Below, one piece after another: positions 16,222-26,180 of a stretch of DNA of 41,203 nucleotides (position 1 is the first letter of the stretch; every line of letters starts with the position of its first letter). A program made the position numbers and the translations under genes. The stretch is from a virus. The notes beneath the pieces were generated by a model, which saw only the letters and a list, made by a program, of their open reading frames with translations, had not been told where the DNA came from and searched no databases. The DNA is taken from the IMG/VR virus record IMGVR_UViG_3300035698_009173; one strand, 5' to 3'.

Positions 16222-16318
16222 GCCCCCCTGCTACAAAAAAATTAAAAAAAAAGGTGACAAACATGATCACCGCTGTATAATCTCTGTGGACATTTACGAA
16301 AAAAACGAAAGGGTATCA

Positions 16319-16543
16319 ATGAGCGATTCAGGAAGAACCGGAGGATTAGGTGTGGGTACAGTACTAACCATTGTGTTTGTGGTGTTAAAGCTAGTAGGAA
16401 CAATCGACTGGTCGTGGTGGTGGGTGCTCTCCCCCTTGTGGATTGGTTTTTTTGTTTGTCTCCTATGGATTATTATTGCCGCATTAGTAATATCCTCAAA
16501 TAACAAACACTATAAAAACAATTATCTTAGATGGAAAGATTAA
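16319..16543 (+). CDS. small membrane protein with DWSWWWV motif (paralog of 30716-30907)
   Basis: internal ATG with AAAGGGT RBS; two TM segments; LKLVGTIDWSWWWVLSP shared with the minus-strand paralog. Confidence 0.5.
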   Translation: MSDSGRTGGLGVGTVLTIVFVVLKLVGTIDWSWWWVLSPLWIGFFVCLLWIIIAALVISSNNKHYKNNYLRWKD

Positions 16544-16926
16544 TGAAAACCACACATGTGCATGAAGTGAGTAATGACCTCCTAAACCCACTTGTTACGT
16601 GCATCATTCGGGGGAAGTACTGGAGCGCAGTAAAAGAGAACGGGGCGTACCTGGCGTTGTCTGGGTATGCTGCGTACGGAGTAAAGGATAGTACGCCTTG
16701 GAGCGTGGGGGCTGATGGACAAAGCGGGGCTGATAGGGAATCCATCATAAATGATTTGGTGAAGAATGATTTGGTGCAGTTCTCTGGTGAGCCCCCGAAT
16801 GAAAATCAAGAAGATGAACAGACTATCGCGTACAGGGTGTCGTGGAAGTGGCCAGCACAACTAATGGATGAAATGGCGGCATGGTTAATCAAAAACTACA
16901 CCGAAAAGCCTGCAAAAGGAAAATAA
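16531..16926 (+). CDS. hypothetical protein, WWP/YRVS paralog family member
   Basis: YRVSWKWP motif shared with 17010-17303. Confidence 0.5.
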   Translation: MERLMKTTHVHEVSNDLLNPLVTCIIRGKYWSAVKENGAYLALSGYAAYGVKDSTPWSVGADGQSGADRESIINDLVKNDLVQFSGEPPNENQEDEQTIAYRVSWKWPAQLMDEMAAWLIKNYTEKPAKGK

Positions 16927-17009
16927 TGACTAGACATATCTATGAAGACAATAAAATGGGTATGCTTATTCGTAATGATTATATGCGAAAACTATAAAAG
17001 GAAAAACAA

Positions 17010-17303
17010 ATGATAATTAAACGTATACAAGAATTGGGCGATGTAGTGGGCGATATAGAGATAACCCCGATTGTTATGAAGAGGATTGGACAACGACATT
17101 GGGTGGTCTATGAAGAAGGTACCATGTATGTGGCCGCAAAGGGAACAATCATAAAAGATACTCCAGAAGAGCAGGTAATCCGATATCGCGTATCTCCATG
17201 GTGGCCTAAAGATTTAGCTTATCTACTGGGGCAACATCTTATCACCAATCAGATTGATCTTATTGAAAGTGAAGATCGAGAAATACCCGCGAGAAATGCG
17301 TAA
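17010..17303 (+). CDS. hypothetical protein, WWP/YRVS paralog family member
   Basis: IRYRVSPWWPKDL; RBS AAAGGAAAA. Confidence 0.5.
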   Translation: MIIKRIQELGDVVGDIEITPIVMKRIGQRHWVVYEEGTMYVAAKGTIIKDTPEEQVIRYRVSPWWPKDLAYLLGQHLITNQIDLIESEDREIPARNA

Positions 17304-17305
17304 TT

Positions 17306-17548
17306 ATGAAAACAGTTTATAAATACATAAGTGGGGAAATAATTCCTGAAGTCACGTATAAAATTCGGGGAAAAAATACGATAATAGCAGCAATTAAACA
17401 TGAGCATACGTGGGTATCTGTAATAGGGAGCCCACGAAAAATTAATCAATTTAAACAAGTTGTGGAGTTTAAGCAAAATTTTTGTTGGCCTAGTATTCTT
17501 ACTATCCTATTTGCTAATTATTTACTGGAAGGAAAAGCTAATGACTAA
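17306..17548 (+). CDS. hypothetical small protein, paralog of N-terminus of the next gene
   Basis: SPRKINQFKQVVEFKQNFCWP versus QIKNINQFKTIITYNTRTWWP in next gene. Confidence 0.5.
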   Translation: MKTVYKYISGEIIPEVTYKIRGKNTIIAAIKHEHTWVSVIGSPRKINQFKQVVEFKQNFCWPSILTILFANYLLEGKAND

Positions 17549-19697
17549 GAAAAAAATTATACATAGATTTAATGGTGTAGAAGGAAAACCTGAAATAGTG
17601 TGCAAAGTACATAATACTGAATGGGCTGTTTTTCAATGTGATAGTACATGGGTAGCAGCGGTCGGCCAAATAAAAAATATTAATCAATTTAAAACGATCA
17701 TCACATACAACACAAGAACATGGTGGCCCAATGCGGTTGTTACTGCGTTTGTAGATTACATGATGTCAAAGAGGGGAGTCCCAGTAAAAACTCCTACTCA
17801 AAAAGAACTAAATTATTCTACAAAAAAGATTGAGAACCTTTATGCAGACTGGGATAAATTTTCTGAAAAGTTAACTAAAGACGTTGGAGAAACTCGTAGA
17901 AAAGTATTTGAATTGGGTGTACATACCACTAATAAAATAGGTGGGCTAGAGCACCGAACAACAAGTCTCGATAACCGCACAGAAAGTCTCAGCAAACTAA
18001 CTGGGAAGATCAACCAAGACCTGAAAGACTTAGGTCCCGTGTTAGCGGAACTAACCAAGCAACTAAGTTCGGGTGCAGGGGATATAAACCAAAATTCCCA
18101 AGTGGGAAATACGGAAGTCCTTAAAGGAAAAGAGGAAGGATACAAAGCCGGATACAAAGAAGGTCAAGAGGTAGGATTAGCAGAGCAGCGTGAGGCGGCA
18201 CGTACACAAGATTATAGGGATCCTAATAATACCGAAATGTATACATCCCGACATGGTAAAACGGTTCCGATCAGTAAGACCTTGTTAGCATTAGTAACTG
18301 CTGACAAAAAAGGACAGTATGCCCAAGGAAAAACAAATGGTCATATAGCTGGATTACGCGAAGGAAAAAAAATATGTGACGAAAAACGTGAAGCTGCAGA
18401 AAAAGATAAAAAATCTGCTGATGGTCCTAATCCGAATGTCACGTACGTTACCCAAAATGACGAATCATTTTTAATTAATAAAAATTTACTAAAGACGATA
18501 ATTGATGAACACCAACAAAAGCAAAATAAAATATCTTACAATGAGGGATATCAAATAGGTTGGGAAGAAGGGGGAGGAAAGTCAGGATGGGAAGCATGTG
18601 AAAAAGCTATCATAAATGGCACACATGTGGTAGATCCCATCGCGCATTTCAACACCATTCCTGATAAGACAGGCAAGAAAGTAAAGGTGTCCACGCGTGT
18701 GTATGCAGCAATCGAACACGTCGTGGATGTTGAAAGACTTAATGGAAGAAAAGCAGGGTATGATGAAGGTTGGAAGGCATGCGAGAAAACAGTTGATGAA
18801 TTGGCAACAGAAGAAATCCCATTCAGTGGAAGACTTTTCAAGGTCACTAAAGAGGTTTTTGAAGCATACAATAGTTGTAACAGGGCTGGCCGGGATTATG
18901 AAGCAGGACTAGCAAAAGAAAAGATAGGCCGAGCATACGACGAGGGTGTACGTGCAGGGAGTGATGCAAGGGGTGGTACAGCCTATCGATATGATGACCA
19001 GCACATTATTAGATGTATAACAGAGGAACAACAAAAACACATAAGTGAGTTGGTCATACACATACAAGAAAAAAATTCTAAAATTTTAAACGAAATATTA
19101 TTAGAGAAAGATGATAAACATAACGTAATTCTTAAATACGCTCCGGGACACAGCATTACAGATTTAACGGCGGAACAATATCAGCAAATAGGTGATATGA
19201 GAATCTTCATGCGGAATCAAGCAAAGAGAGCATATGAAGATGGTCGTACGAGAGAAGCGAGTAGGTACCAAGACCATACACGAACATTCGCGTACAACGC
19301 GCAACATGAGATTAAAGAGCTAACGTCACAACAACAAAGACAAATCGGTTCGTTGATTGCATTCTTGCGTGAAGGGCATTGTCAAATTGTTAGAAATTTA
19401 AGAGAAAGCGATAATAAAGAACGGTCGCACTCCTTCAAATACGCTACGCTGCGTGGAGCCTGCGAACTAACCGGCTTAACTGAAAAACACGTACGTATAA
19501 TTAAATTTTTGTTAACGAGAAAGCTTAGAGAAGGATTTAATCGTGGAAAGAATTATGAGAGGATTGAGAATCTGACTGAACAACCGAGTATAGTTGAGCG
19601 CGCATACAAAAACGAAGCATCCCTCGAAGAAATAAGCGCCTACAGCGCCGGGTTTGAACGCGGGTACGAAGCACGCACACATGAACAGGAGGAATAA
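17541..19697 (+). CDS. large repeat protein (~718 aa) with N-terminal WWP domain and multiple GY-x-EG repeats
   Basis: ATG 17541 after GGAAGGAAAAG RBS; repeats KAGYKEGQEVG / NEGYQIGWEEGG / KAGYDEGWKACEK / RAYDEGVRAG / RAYEDGRTRE / AGFERGYEART. Confidence 0.6.
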   Translation: MTKKKIIHRFNGVEGKPEIVCKVHNTEWAVFQCDSTWVAAVGQIKNINQFKTIITYNTRTWWPNAVVTAFVDYMMSKRGVPVKTPTQKELNYSTKKIENLYADWDKFSEKLTKDVGETRRKVFELGVHTTNKIGGLEHRTTSLDNRTESLSKLTGKINQDLKDLGPVLAELTKQLSSGAGDINQNSQVGNTEVLKGKEEGYKAGYKEGQEVGLAEQREAARTQDYRDPNNTEMYTSRHGKTVPISKTLLALVTADKKGQYAQGKTNGHIAGLREGKKICDEKREAAEKDKKSADGPNPNVTYVTQNDESFLINKNLLKTIIDEHQQKQNKISYNEGYQIGWEEGGGKSGWEACEKAIINGTHVVDPIAHFNTIPDKTGKKVKVSTRVYAAIEHVVDVERLNGRKAGYDEGWKACEKTVDELATEEIPFSGRLFKVTKEVFEAYNSCNRAGRDYEAGLAKEKIGRAYDEGVRAGSDARGGTAYRYDDQHIIRCITEEQQKHISELVIHIQEKNSKILNEILLEKDDKHNVILKYAPGHSITDLTAEQYQQIGDMRIFMRNQAKRAYEDGRTREASRYQDHTRTFAYNAQHEIKELTSQQQRQIGSLIAFLREGHCQIVRNLRESDNKERSHSFKYATLRGACELTGLTEKHVRIIKFLLTRKLREGFNRGKNYERIENLTEQPSIVERAYKNEASLEEISAYSAGFERGYEARTHEQEE

Positions 19698-19698
19698 G

Positions 19699-20025
19699 AT
19701 GAACGAGTACAGCCTTAATAAAGGTATTTTATTAAAGGGACTAAGAAAAGCATTATTCAACGCTGCATCAAGTGTTGTTCCCGTCGGAGTAATCAATGAA
19801 TTAGCAGAGTACGTAATCGACAACATAGAAGAAGAATTTTTAGACTATGATCTTAATTTCTATATACCACAATCTGTTGAGGCAACTTGGGACACAAGAG
19901 AAGATGCGTACGTAAGCAAAATTACAAAATTAGAAGAAGAAATTAAAAATCTTAAAAAAATGGTACTGCAGAAAACCTCCCCGCACCCCCCGTGCTCCCC
20001 AAAAAAAAATAAGAAATCTCGTTGA
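19699..20025 (+). CDS. hypothetical protein (~108 aa)
   Basis: ATG after ACAGGAGGAATAAG RBS (track ORF from 19654). Confidence 0.4.
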   Translation: MNEYSLNKGILLKGLRKALFNAASSVVPVGVINELAEYVIDNIEEEFLDYDLNFYIPQSVEATWDTREDAYVSKITKLEEEIKNLKKMVLQKTSPHPPCSPKKNKKSR

Positions 20026-20074
20026 CAACATAGCGTTCGATTATTATACTGCGCCTGCACGATAACTAACAGAG

Positions 20075-20521
20075 GTGACAATGAACAATCTTGGAATTGA
20101 TGTACAGGCATGGATTTGGGTAGTAGAGGCGGCGCTGATAACAGGACTCAGCGTATGGATTACCTACGATATCCTACGATACTGGAATAGGATGGGGAAG
20201 TTTGAAGATTCTGTTATGTGGAAAACAACACAAACAATCATAACAGTAGGTATCAAAGGCATCGTTTTAGTCCTATTAATCTTTGCACTGTTTGTTTTCT
20301 TTGGTCAAGGCAAAGCTCCTAATGGATTGCCCGCATCTGAGGACAGTCATCGCAAGATGGTTAAGGCACGCCCTGACCCCACACCAGAATCCGCTATCCG
20401 CGAGGAGGCTAAAGCTGCACGAGATCCTTATTTGAATGCTGTCGATAACGATGCAAGTGCTGCACGAACTGAAGCAGACGCATACCTTAAAAAAGCTCTT
20501 GAAGGAAGCAAAACAAAATGA
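20075..20521 (+). CDS. membrane protein (2-3 TM) upstream of SPFH gene
   Basis: RBS CAGAGGTGACA; hydrophobic segments; 4-nt overlap with next gene, so coupled. Confidence 0.5.
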   Translation: MTMNNLGIDVQAWIWVVEAALITGLSVWITYDILRYWNRMGKFEDSVMWKTTQTIITVGIKGIVLVLLIFALFVFFGQGKAPNGLPASEDSHRKMVKARPDPTPESAIREEAKAARDPYLNAVDNDASAARTEADAYLKKALEGSKTK

Positions 20522-21390
20522 AGAAACCAACTCTATTTTTTATCGCAGTACTGGCGTTCCTCTCACTCGGGTGTAACATGCGCGTCCCACCAGGGTATGT
20601 GGGCATGGTATTGACGCCCAACGGCTTCCAGGGAGACGTGCTACAGCCTGGACGGCACGCCTGCTGGGGTCGTGATGAAATGGTCTTGATTCAAATGAAG
20701 GAAGAGACCATGAAAGAGGCCATGAGTATCTTATGCAAAGATGATTTGAATTTCAAATTTCATCTGAACGTGCGTACGCGTTTGCGTATCACGAATTCTG
20801 AAACGATGAAAGTTTTGCTGGAACGTAAAGGCGCGGACTTAGTGTCTAGTGCGGATGGACGCATTCTTCAATTCAACGTCCTGTACAACACCTATATTAG
20901 TCCAGTTGCTCGCGCAGTAGCTCGTGCTGCGGTTAGTAAATACGAAACCACACAAGTACGTGACCACCGTGAAGAAATTGAGAAATTTGTTTTGACAGAG
21001 ATTATTAACGCCGTTAAAGGTACACCTTTGGAAGTAGTTACTGTCACGACTTCTAATTTCGATTATCCCGACGTTATTACCAAAGCCGTCGAGAAAAAGC
21101 GTACTCGTGAGATTCAACTTCAAGAAGAAAAAGCAAAGCAGGCAATGGAATTGCTTCGCGCAGATAATCGATTGAAGATTGCTGAGAAGATGAAGATTGT
21201 TCGTGCTGCAGAAGCACAAGCCGATGCCGTGTATATTAAAATTCTTGGATCTTCTTTGGATAAGAATTACTTGGACTGGAAGCGTATTGAGCGCGATGTG
21301 AAGCTCTACGAACGTGTGGGTCCTGGTGATAAGGTAATCGTCTCCGGGGCTGCTCTGCCGATAGTGGATACACGCGGCGCTACGAAGTAG
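20518..21390 (+). CDS. SPFH/band-7 (stomatin/prohibitin/HflKC-like) lipoprotein
   Basis: lipoprotein signal with lipobox LSLGC; SPFH-like core followed by coiled-coil KRTREIQLQEEKAKQAMELLRADNRLKIAEKMKIVRAAEAQ. Confidence 0.65.
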   Translation: MKKPTLFFIAVLAFLSLGCNMRVPPGYVGMVLTPNGFQGDVLQPGRHACWGRDEMVLIQMKEETMKEAMSILCKDDLNFKFHLNVRTRLRITNSETMKVLLERKGADLVSSADGRILQFNVLYNTYISPVARAVARAAVSKYETTQVRDHREEIEKFVLTEIINAVKGTPLEVVTVTTSNFDYPDVITKAVEKKRTREIQLQEEKAKQAMELLRADNRLKIAEKMKIVRAAEAQADAVYIKILGSSLDKNYLDWKRIERDVKLYERVGPGDKVIVSGAALPIVDTRGATK

Positions 21391-21460
21391 AGTCTGAAAG
21401 GGGGTGTACCGTGGCTGAGAAAAGAAATAAAAAATTCGTATTACAGCTTGTGAAAATCTT

Positions 21461-22087
21461 TTGACCAATTATGCGGATGCGCACAACCAGACAAGCGATC
21501 ATATAGATGAAATACAAGACACTGTAGATAAGTTATATGACCGTATGGCTGTTGTCGAACAAAGCATAGCGAGTACACAGCACGGTACACCCACTATTCC
21601 TGAAAAAGAATTTGCATTAGATGGATCTATTGTGAGCGTTATTCCAACTGTTGAAGAAACTAAATATCAAAAAATTCTAGAAGAGTGTGTCCGACTACTT
21701 CGTGGCAACTCAAGAGATAGTCTTCCATTAGAGGAAGTCCCGGAAACTATTTCAGCATTGATCACAAAAGCTGATATAGCGTACGCGAGCGGTAAACTGA
21801 CTGTAGAGGACACACACACCTACAGGATAACTAAACATACTACGGAAGGAATTAGCGTCATTAATGGGCTTACTACAAGACAGGTAACAAAAATAAAAAA
21901 ATTATTTAATGAAATTGCACACGATAGTCGTGTACAAGGGCAAGAAGTTGAGCAAGCAAACATACGTAGATTAATAAAAAAAGAGTATGATCTCGTAAGT
22001 GGTGGGATCCATAATGCTGAATGTATCATAGACCGTCTTTACGAAAAAATTACAGGTAACAGTATAGAGGACAAAAATGATTCCTGA
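21461..22087 (+). CDS. hypothetical protein (start uncertain)
   Basis: track ORF begins with TTG; first in-frame ATG at 21545; no clear RBS. Confidence 0.4.
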   Translation: MTNYADAHNQTSDHIDEIQDTVDKLYDRMAVVEQSIASTQHGTPTIPEKEFALDGSIVSVIPTVEETKYQKILEECVRLLRGNSRDSLPLEEVPETISALITKADIAYASGKLTVEDTHTYRITKHTTEGISVINGLTTRQVTKIKKLFNEIAHDSRVQGQEVEQANIRRLIKKEYDLVSGGIHNAECIIDRLYEKITGNSIEDKNDS

Positions 22088-22550
22088 CCCCGAAAAAAGA
22101 ATCAAAGATGATATAAAACAAGCAAACAAAAATATAAAATATAAACAAAGTGAGGTAGAAAAACTTAAAGATCATAAATTTTGGTTAATAAAAAAATTAA
22201 AAGAATCTAAAAAACAAGCACTTATTAGGCGATTTGAAGAATTGGTATTAGAACGTATATGGGAAGTGCGCAGTATTCATCAACAGTACCCATTATACAA
22301 TGCACAAAGTCCAGGAGAATGTTGTATATCTTTGGCAACACGCGGGAACAAAGAATTATTTTATTTGATGGACAGATTATCCGAGGTCAGGGGAGAAAAA
22401 ACTAAGTACGGGGTACGCAAACAAAACAATTTTATTATTCTTAATTTTGAAAATGTGGGGCAGTTAGCTAGATTATCCGCTGACGGGCTTAGAGTACACA
22501 CTAAAGACTTCATAACCTCTCCATTCTTTTTCATTCTTCATATGCGTTGA
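22077..22550 (+). CDS. hypothetical coiled-coil protein (157 aa)
   Basis: ORF overlapping upstream stop (coupled). Confidence 0.45.
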   Translation: MIPDPEKRIKDDIKQANKNIKYKQSEVEKLKDHKFWLIKKLKESKKQALIRRFEELVLERIWEVRSIHQQYPLYNAQSPGECCISLATRGNKELFYLMDRLSEVRGEKTKYGVRKQNNFIILNFENVGQLARLSADGLRVHTKDFITSPFFFILHMR

Positions 22551-22615
22551 GCACTATTCTGCCCGTAACATCGGACTTTTGTACAGAATAATGCTCAAAT
22601 AATTATTGAGGACTT

Positions 22616-23302
22616 ATGATAGCTCCAAGTAAATATCCTAGGACACCCCACCTACCCTGGTCGCCGGGGGGTACACGAGATGACAGACGAATTAAGGATG
22701 CGTCTATTTTCGTTAACCGGGAGCTTGTTATCACTGAAAAATTAGATGGGTCGAATGTGTGCCTAACTTCTACAGAGGTGTTTGCGCGGTCTCATGGTAA
22801 GCCTGCTACGCATCCTTCCTTCGATTTGCTTAAAGGAATACACGCAGCTATTCGACATAAGATAGACCCGTGCATGCCACTTTTTGGTGAGTACTGTTAT
22901 GCAGTCCACAGTATCGTCTACGATGCACTTCCTTCTTACTTTTTCTTATTCGGAGTAGTGTTTGAGGGGGCGTCTAAAGAATCAAGAAAATACCATTGTC
23001 CACAATGGGATCCCTGGGAACAGGTACAAGAGTTAAGTAAAATCCTAAATGTATTATGTGTCCCAGAGCTTTTTACTGGAAAAGTTAATTCATTAGAAGA
23101 ATTAGAAAAATTAACACAAAAATTAGCAAACCAGCCTTCAGAATACGGGGGTAAACGCGAAGGGTTAGTTGTACGGATGGCTGGTGCTTTTAGTGGGGAT
23201 AACTTTGATAAACGCGTTGCAAAGTGGGTTCGTAAGGATCATGTGCAGACTGATAAACATTGGGCGAATTGTAAAATTACAAAACAAAAATTAAGGAGTT
23301 AA
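22616..23302 (+). CDS. ATP-dependent RNA ligase-like nucleotidyltransferase (KxDG motif)
   Basis: N-terminal KYPRTPHL and nucleotidyltransferase motif I EKLDGSN typical of RNA ligase families. Confidence 0.55.
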   Translation: MIAPSKYPRTPHLPWSPGGTRDDRRIKDASIFVNRELVITEKLDGSNVCLTSTEVFARSHGKPATHPSFDLLKGIHAAIRHKIDPCMPLFGEYCYAVHSIVYDALPSYFFLFGVVFEGASKESRKYHCPQWDPWEQVQELSKILNVLCVPELFTGKVNSLEELEKLTQKLANQPSEYGGKREGLVVRMAGAFSGDNFDKRVAKWVRKDHVQTDKHWANCKITKQKLRS

Positions 23303-23304
23303 CC

Positions 23305-23616
23305 ATGGATGATTCGTACAAAGAACTCGAAAATATTCTTAGGTTTTTTGATGAAGCATCGGAATCTATTGGGGTGGACTACCCAAATATGTATATCGTT
23401 GGTGGGTCATATAGTAATAACTTAGTTTTAGGGGACCGCCCATTATGGGAATCCGATGAAGACGTAAGAGAATTTGACGATGAAAAAAACGAGTACAAAA
23501 CATCTATCGTGGAAGCTACCATCACAGACTTAGAAGACTACGTTGCGTACATCACAAAATTAGTAGAAGCGGTGAAAAAAATAGTCAAAGCGGAAGCGCT
23601 GAGCAAAGTATTCTAA
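23305..23616 (+). CDS. hypothetical acidic protein (103 aa)
   Basis: ORF, RBS TTAAGGAG. Confidence 0.45.
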   Translation: MDDSYKELENILRFFDEASESIGVDYPNMYIVGGSYSNNLVLGDRPLWESDEDVREFDDEKNEYKTSIVEATITDLEDYVAYITKLVEAVKKIVKAEALSKVF

Positions 23617-23708
23617 GAAAATGAAAAATTATTAGTTGACAAACTGAGATGGAATCGTACAATACATGTCGGAAGGTAACACAAACCAAAACCCGGAGGA
23701 AAAAAAGT

Positions 23709-24629
23709 ATGCGTAACACAACTCAAGACATGGAGGAACGTATGAACAAAGTATTCGCTTTACTAAGCCCTATTGACAAAGAATGTATCAACAGAGTCGG
23801 CCCGCATGAATGGTGTGGATGGTGCGAAATCACCCCACCCATAGCACAAAAAATGCTTGAGCTTCACACAAATAACCGTAAAATATCTAACGCGCATGTC
23901 AATCGCATCGCAACGGATATCAAAGAGAACAACTGGGTCCGTATGCCCATGCCGCTTATCTTCACAGACACCGGCACGGGCGTGGATGGGCAACATCGTT
24001 TGCGTGCCATCGTAGAGGCCAACATCGCGGTCAATTCGTTGGTGTACATTGGTGCCGATGAAAAAGAATGCATGTGGTTAGACGCTCTAGGAAAGCGCCG
24101 CATGGTACATGACCAGCTTGGAATGCACTCTGAAGATCCTAATGTGCGTGAAAACATTACCGGCGCACACTTCACTATTTCTTTCCTCTTGATGCGTATC
24201 AGCAAAGAGAGCAGAGAGAACGCCTTATTCGGCGGCAGCAGATTCTCGATGCTTGAAGGTGCGGCATTTACTGAAAAGCATTTTGAAGCAATCGATTTTG
24301 CAATTTCGTTTAAAAAGAATGTTGCTAAGGGGATCAATGCACCAGCATTCGCTCCCCTGGCTCGCGCATATTACTCCGTACCCCGCGACGTTCTTTCCAG
24401 ATTTGGAGAGGTGCTAGCAACCGGTTTGAGCACATCCCCAAGCGAACACGGGATTGTGAAGCTTCGCAACCGTCTCAAGGACAAGGTGCCCATCAGGGTT
24501 AACGGGGTTACCCGGCAGCCCAACAGGGAAGACACTTATAAGCTCGTCCAATCAATCTTGCGGAAGTACGTGGATGGGCGCAGTATTGACCGCGTAAAGG
24601 CGGTTAACATCGACTTGTTCCCCTGGTAA
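23709..24629 (+). CDS. ParB-like nuclease (ParB/Srx fold) domain protein
   Basis: DGQHRLRA motif of ParB-like nuclease domain; ATG 23709 after CCGGAGGAAAAAAAG RBS; promoter TTGACAA 23634-23640. Confidence 0.55.
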   Translation: MRNTTQDMEERMNKVFALLSPIDKECINRVGPHEWCGWCEITPPIAQKMLELHTNNRKISNAHVNRIATDIKENNWVRMPMPLIFTDTGTGVDGQHRLRAIVEANIAVNSLVYIGADEKECMWLDALGKRRMVHDQLGMHSEDPNVRENITGAHFTISFLLMRISKESRENALFGGSRFSMLEGAAFTEKHFEAIDFAISFKKNVAKGINAPAFAPLARAYYSVPRDVLSRFGEVLATGLSTSPSEHGIVKLRNRLKDKVPIRVNGVTRQPNREDTYKLVQSILRKYVDGRSIDRVKAVNIDLFPW

Positions 24630-24700
24630 CACTAGCACGAAGTATAATAAGCACACGGCCATGAAAATGATCGTGTGCTTTTTACTTTAAGGATATTAGA

Positions 24701-25435
24701 ATGAAAGTCTCTATTCTTATTCTCACATACAATAGGTTGGATATTGTTAAAAAATATCTACCGAAAATTGTACAACGAAATACTGAACCCGATTCAGAGA
24801 TCCTAATATGGGACAACGGTTCAACAGACGGCACAGCAGAATGGGTGTACAACTATGCCCTGCAGCACCCACCGGGGAAAATCATTTTTACTCGCGGGGC
24901 AGAGAACCATGGAATGGAGGCTATCAATTTCTTAGCACAAATGGCTAAAGGAGAATATGTCCTTAAGCTAGATTGCGATATGCACGTACCAGAAGGTTTT
25001 GTACAGGATTTAATCAAAGCTTATGAAATGGTTGATGATAATCTCATTTTGTTTATGGGATATGATATGTCCTGGCTAGATGAAAATACATTCGCAACAC
25101 GCAAGGGATTTACTCCCTTCGACCCACCGAACGGAAGAATTGAAAAAGTGCATGACGGTGTTGTTTTAATTAGCCACTACCCAAGTAAGTTCATGGTCAA
25201 CGGGGCCTGCAGGCTCTCTACGCGCATTGATTTCCTTAAACATGGTATGCACCCAAAGGGCGCGAAGTATGGCATAGACTACACTGTAAACGTCCAGGCA
25301 GAGAAAGCTGGATTCTATGTGGCCTTTTACAACAATAAGACTCCAGTTATCCATTGTAATGAAAAAGATACCACAGAGTACCGAGCATTCAAAGACGCTG
25401 AGTTAGAAAAGTACTCTGGGCCGAAAGACGTATAG
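24701..25435 (+). CDS. family 2 glycosyltransferase
   Basis: ILILTYNRLDIV..DNGSTDGT GT-A/GT2 signature. Confidence 0.65.
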   Translation: MKVSILILTYNRLDIVKKYLPKIVQRNTEPDSEILIWDNGSTDGTAEWVYNYALQHPPGKIIFTRGAENHGMEAINFLAQMAKGEYVLKLDCDMHVPEGFVQDLIKAYEMVDDNLILFMGYDMSWLDENTFATRKGFTPFDPPNGRIEKVHDGVVLISHYPSKFMVNGACRLSTRIDFLKHGMHPKGAKYGIDYTVNVQAEKAGFYVAFYNNKTPVIHCNEKDTTEYRAFKDAELEKYSGPKDV

Positions 25436-25447
25436 GGAGATACCAAA

Positions 25448-26074
25448 ATGTCTATAAATAAATTAAGATATGTGTCAGTAGGGTTTACTCGTATTGAGGA
25501 TAAAAAAAGAGATGAATTTATTATTAATCCAAATAGGATAAAAATTTTAGGCGCGTTCCCCGATGAAGAACACGCAAACTATACTAGTAGTTATTATGCT
25601 GGGAAAGAAAACAGAGAAGAAGCTTGGGACAGTGCCGTCACAATAGACTTGCCACAAAGAAGTATCAAAGCGTGGTACGAGCCTATGCACTGGACGGACA
25701 AAACTAAAGGCGGATACATTATTAAAATGGAGCATACTATATGTTTTTACAGTAAAGGAAAAGCATGGATCACTCTTGTGACTTCCGCTGAGGAATCTTA
25801 TACTGCAGGATACAAAGATTCTTTTGGAATTGCGCACCAACTTGAATTATCTTCGGGAGTTTTACATAAATGCCCTACATGTGGTATTTGGTCCTCTTTG
25901 CATGACCTAGATTTTAGATGTGAAGATGATACTGGAGAATTAATTTGTGCTCAGTGTGAGCATAAATACTCCGCAGAAGAAAAAGAATGGATGAATAAAG
26001 AAAATGTTTTTAAACGCCATAAAAAATTATTCACTGAATATGTCAGAGACGGAAACGATCAACCGTCTACTTAA
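25448..26074 (+). CDS. hypothetical protein with C-terminal CxxC..CxxC zinc ribbon
   Basis: ORF, KCPTCG..CAQCEHKY. Confidence 0.5.
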   Translation: MSINKLRYVSVGFTRIEDKKRDEFIINPNRIKILGAFPDEEHANYTSSYYAGKENREEAWDSAVTIDLPQRSIKAWYEPMHWTDKTKGGYIIKMEHTICFYSKGKAWITLVTSAEESYTAGYKDSFGIAHQLELSSGVLHKCPTCGIWSSLHDLDFRCEDDTGELICAQCEHKYSAEEKEWMNKENVFKRHKKLFTEYVRDGNDQPST

Positions 26075-26180
26075 CCGAATTATAAACAAAAGTTAATCTT
26101 TTCTTGTTTCTTATGTTAATGTTAACGTAATTGAATGGTGCCTTCGAGCACACCACGCAAACGAAACGAGAGGTAACACT

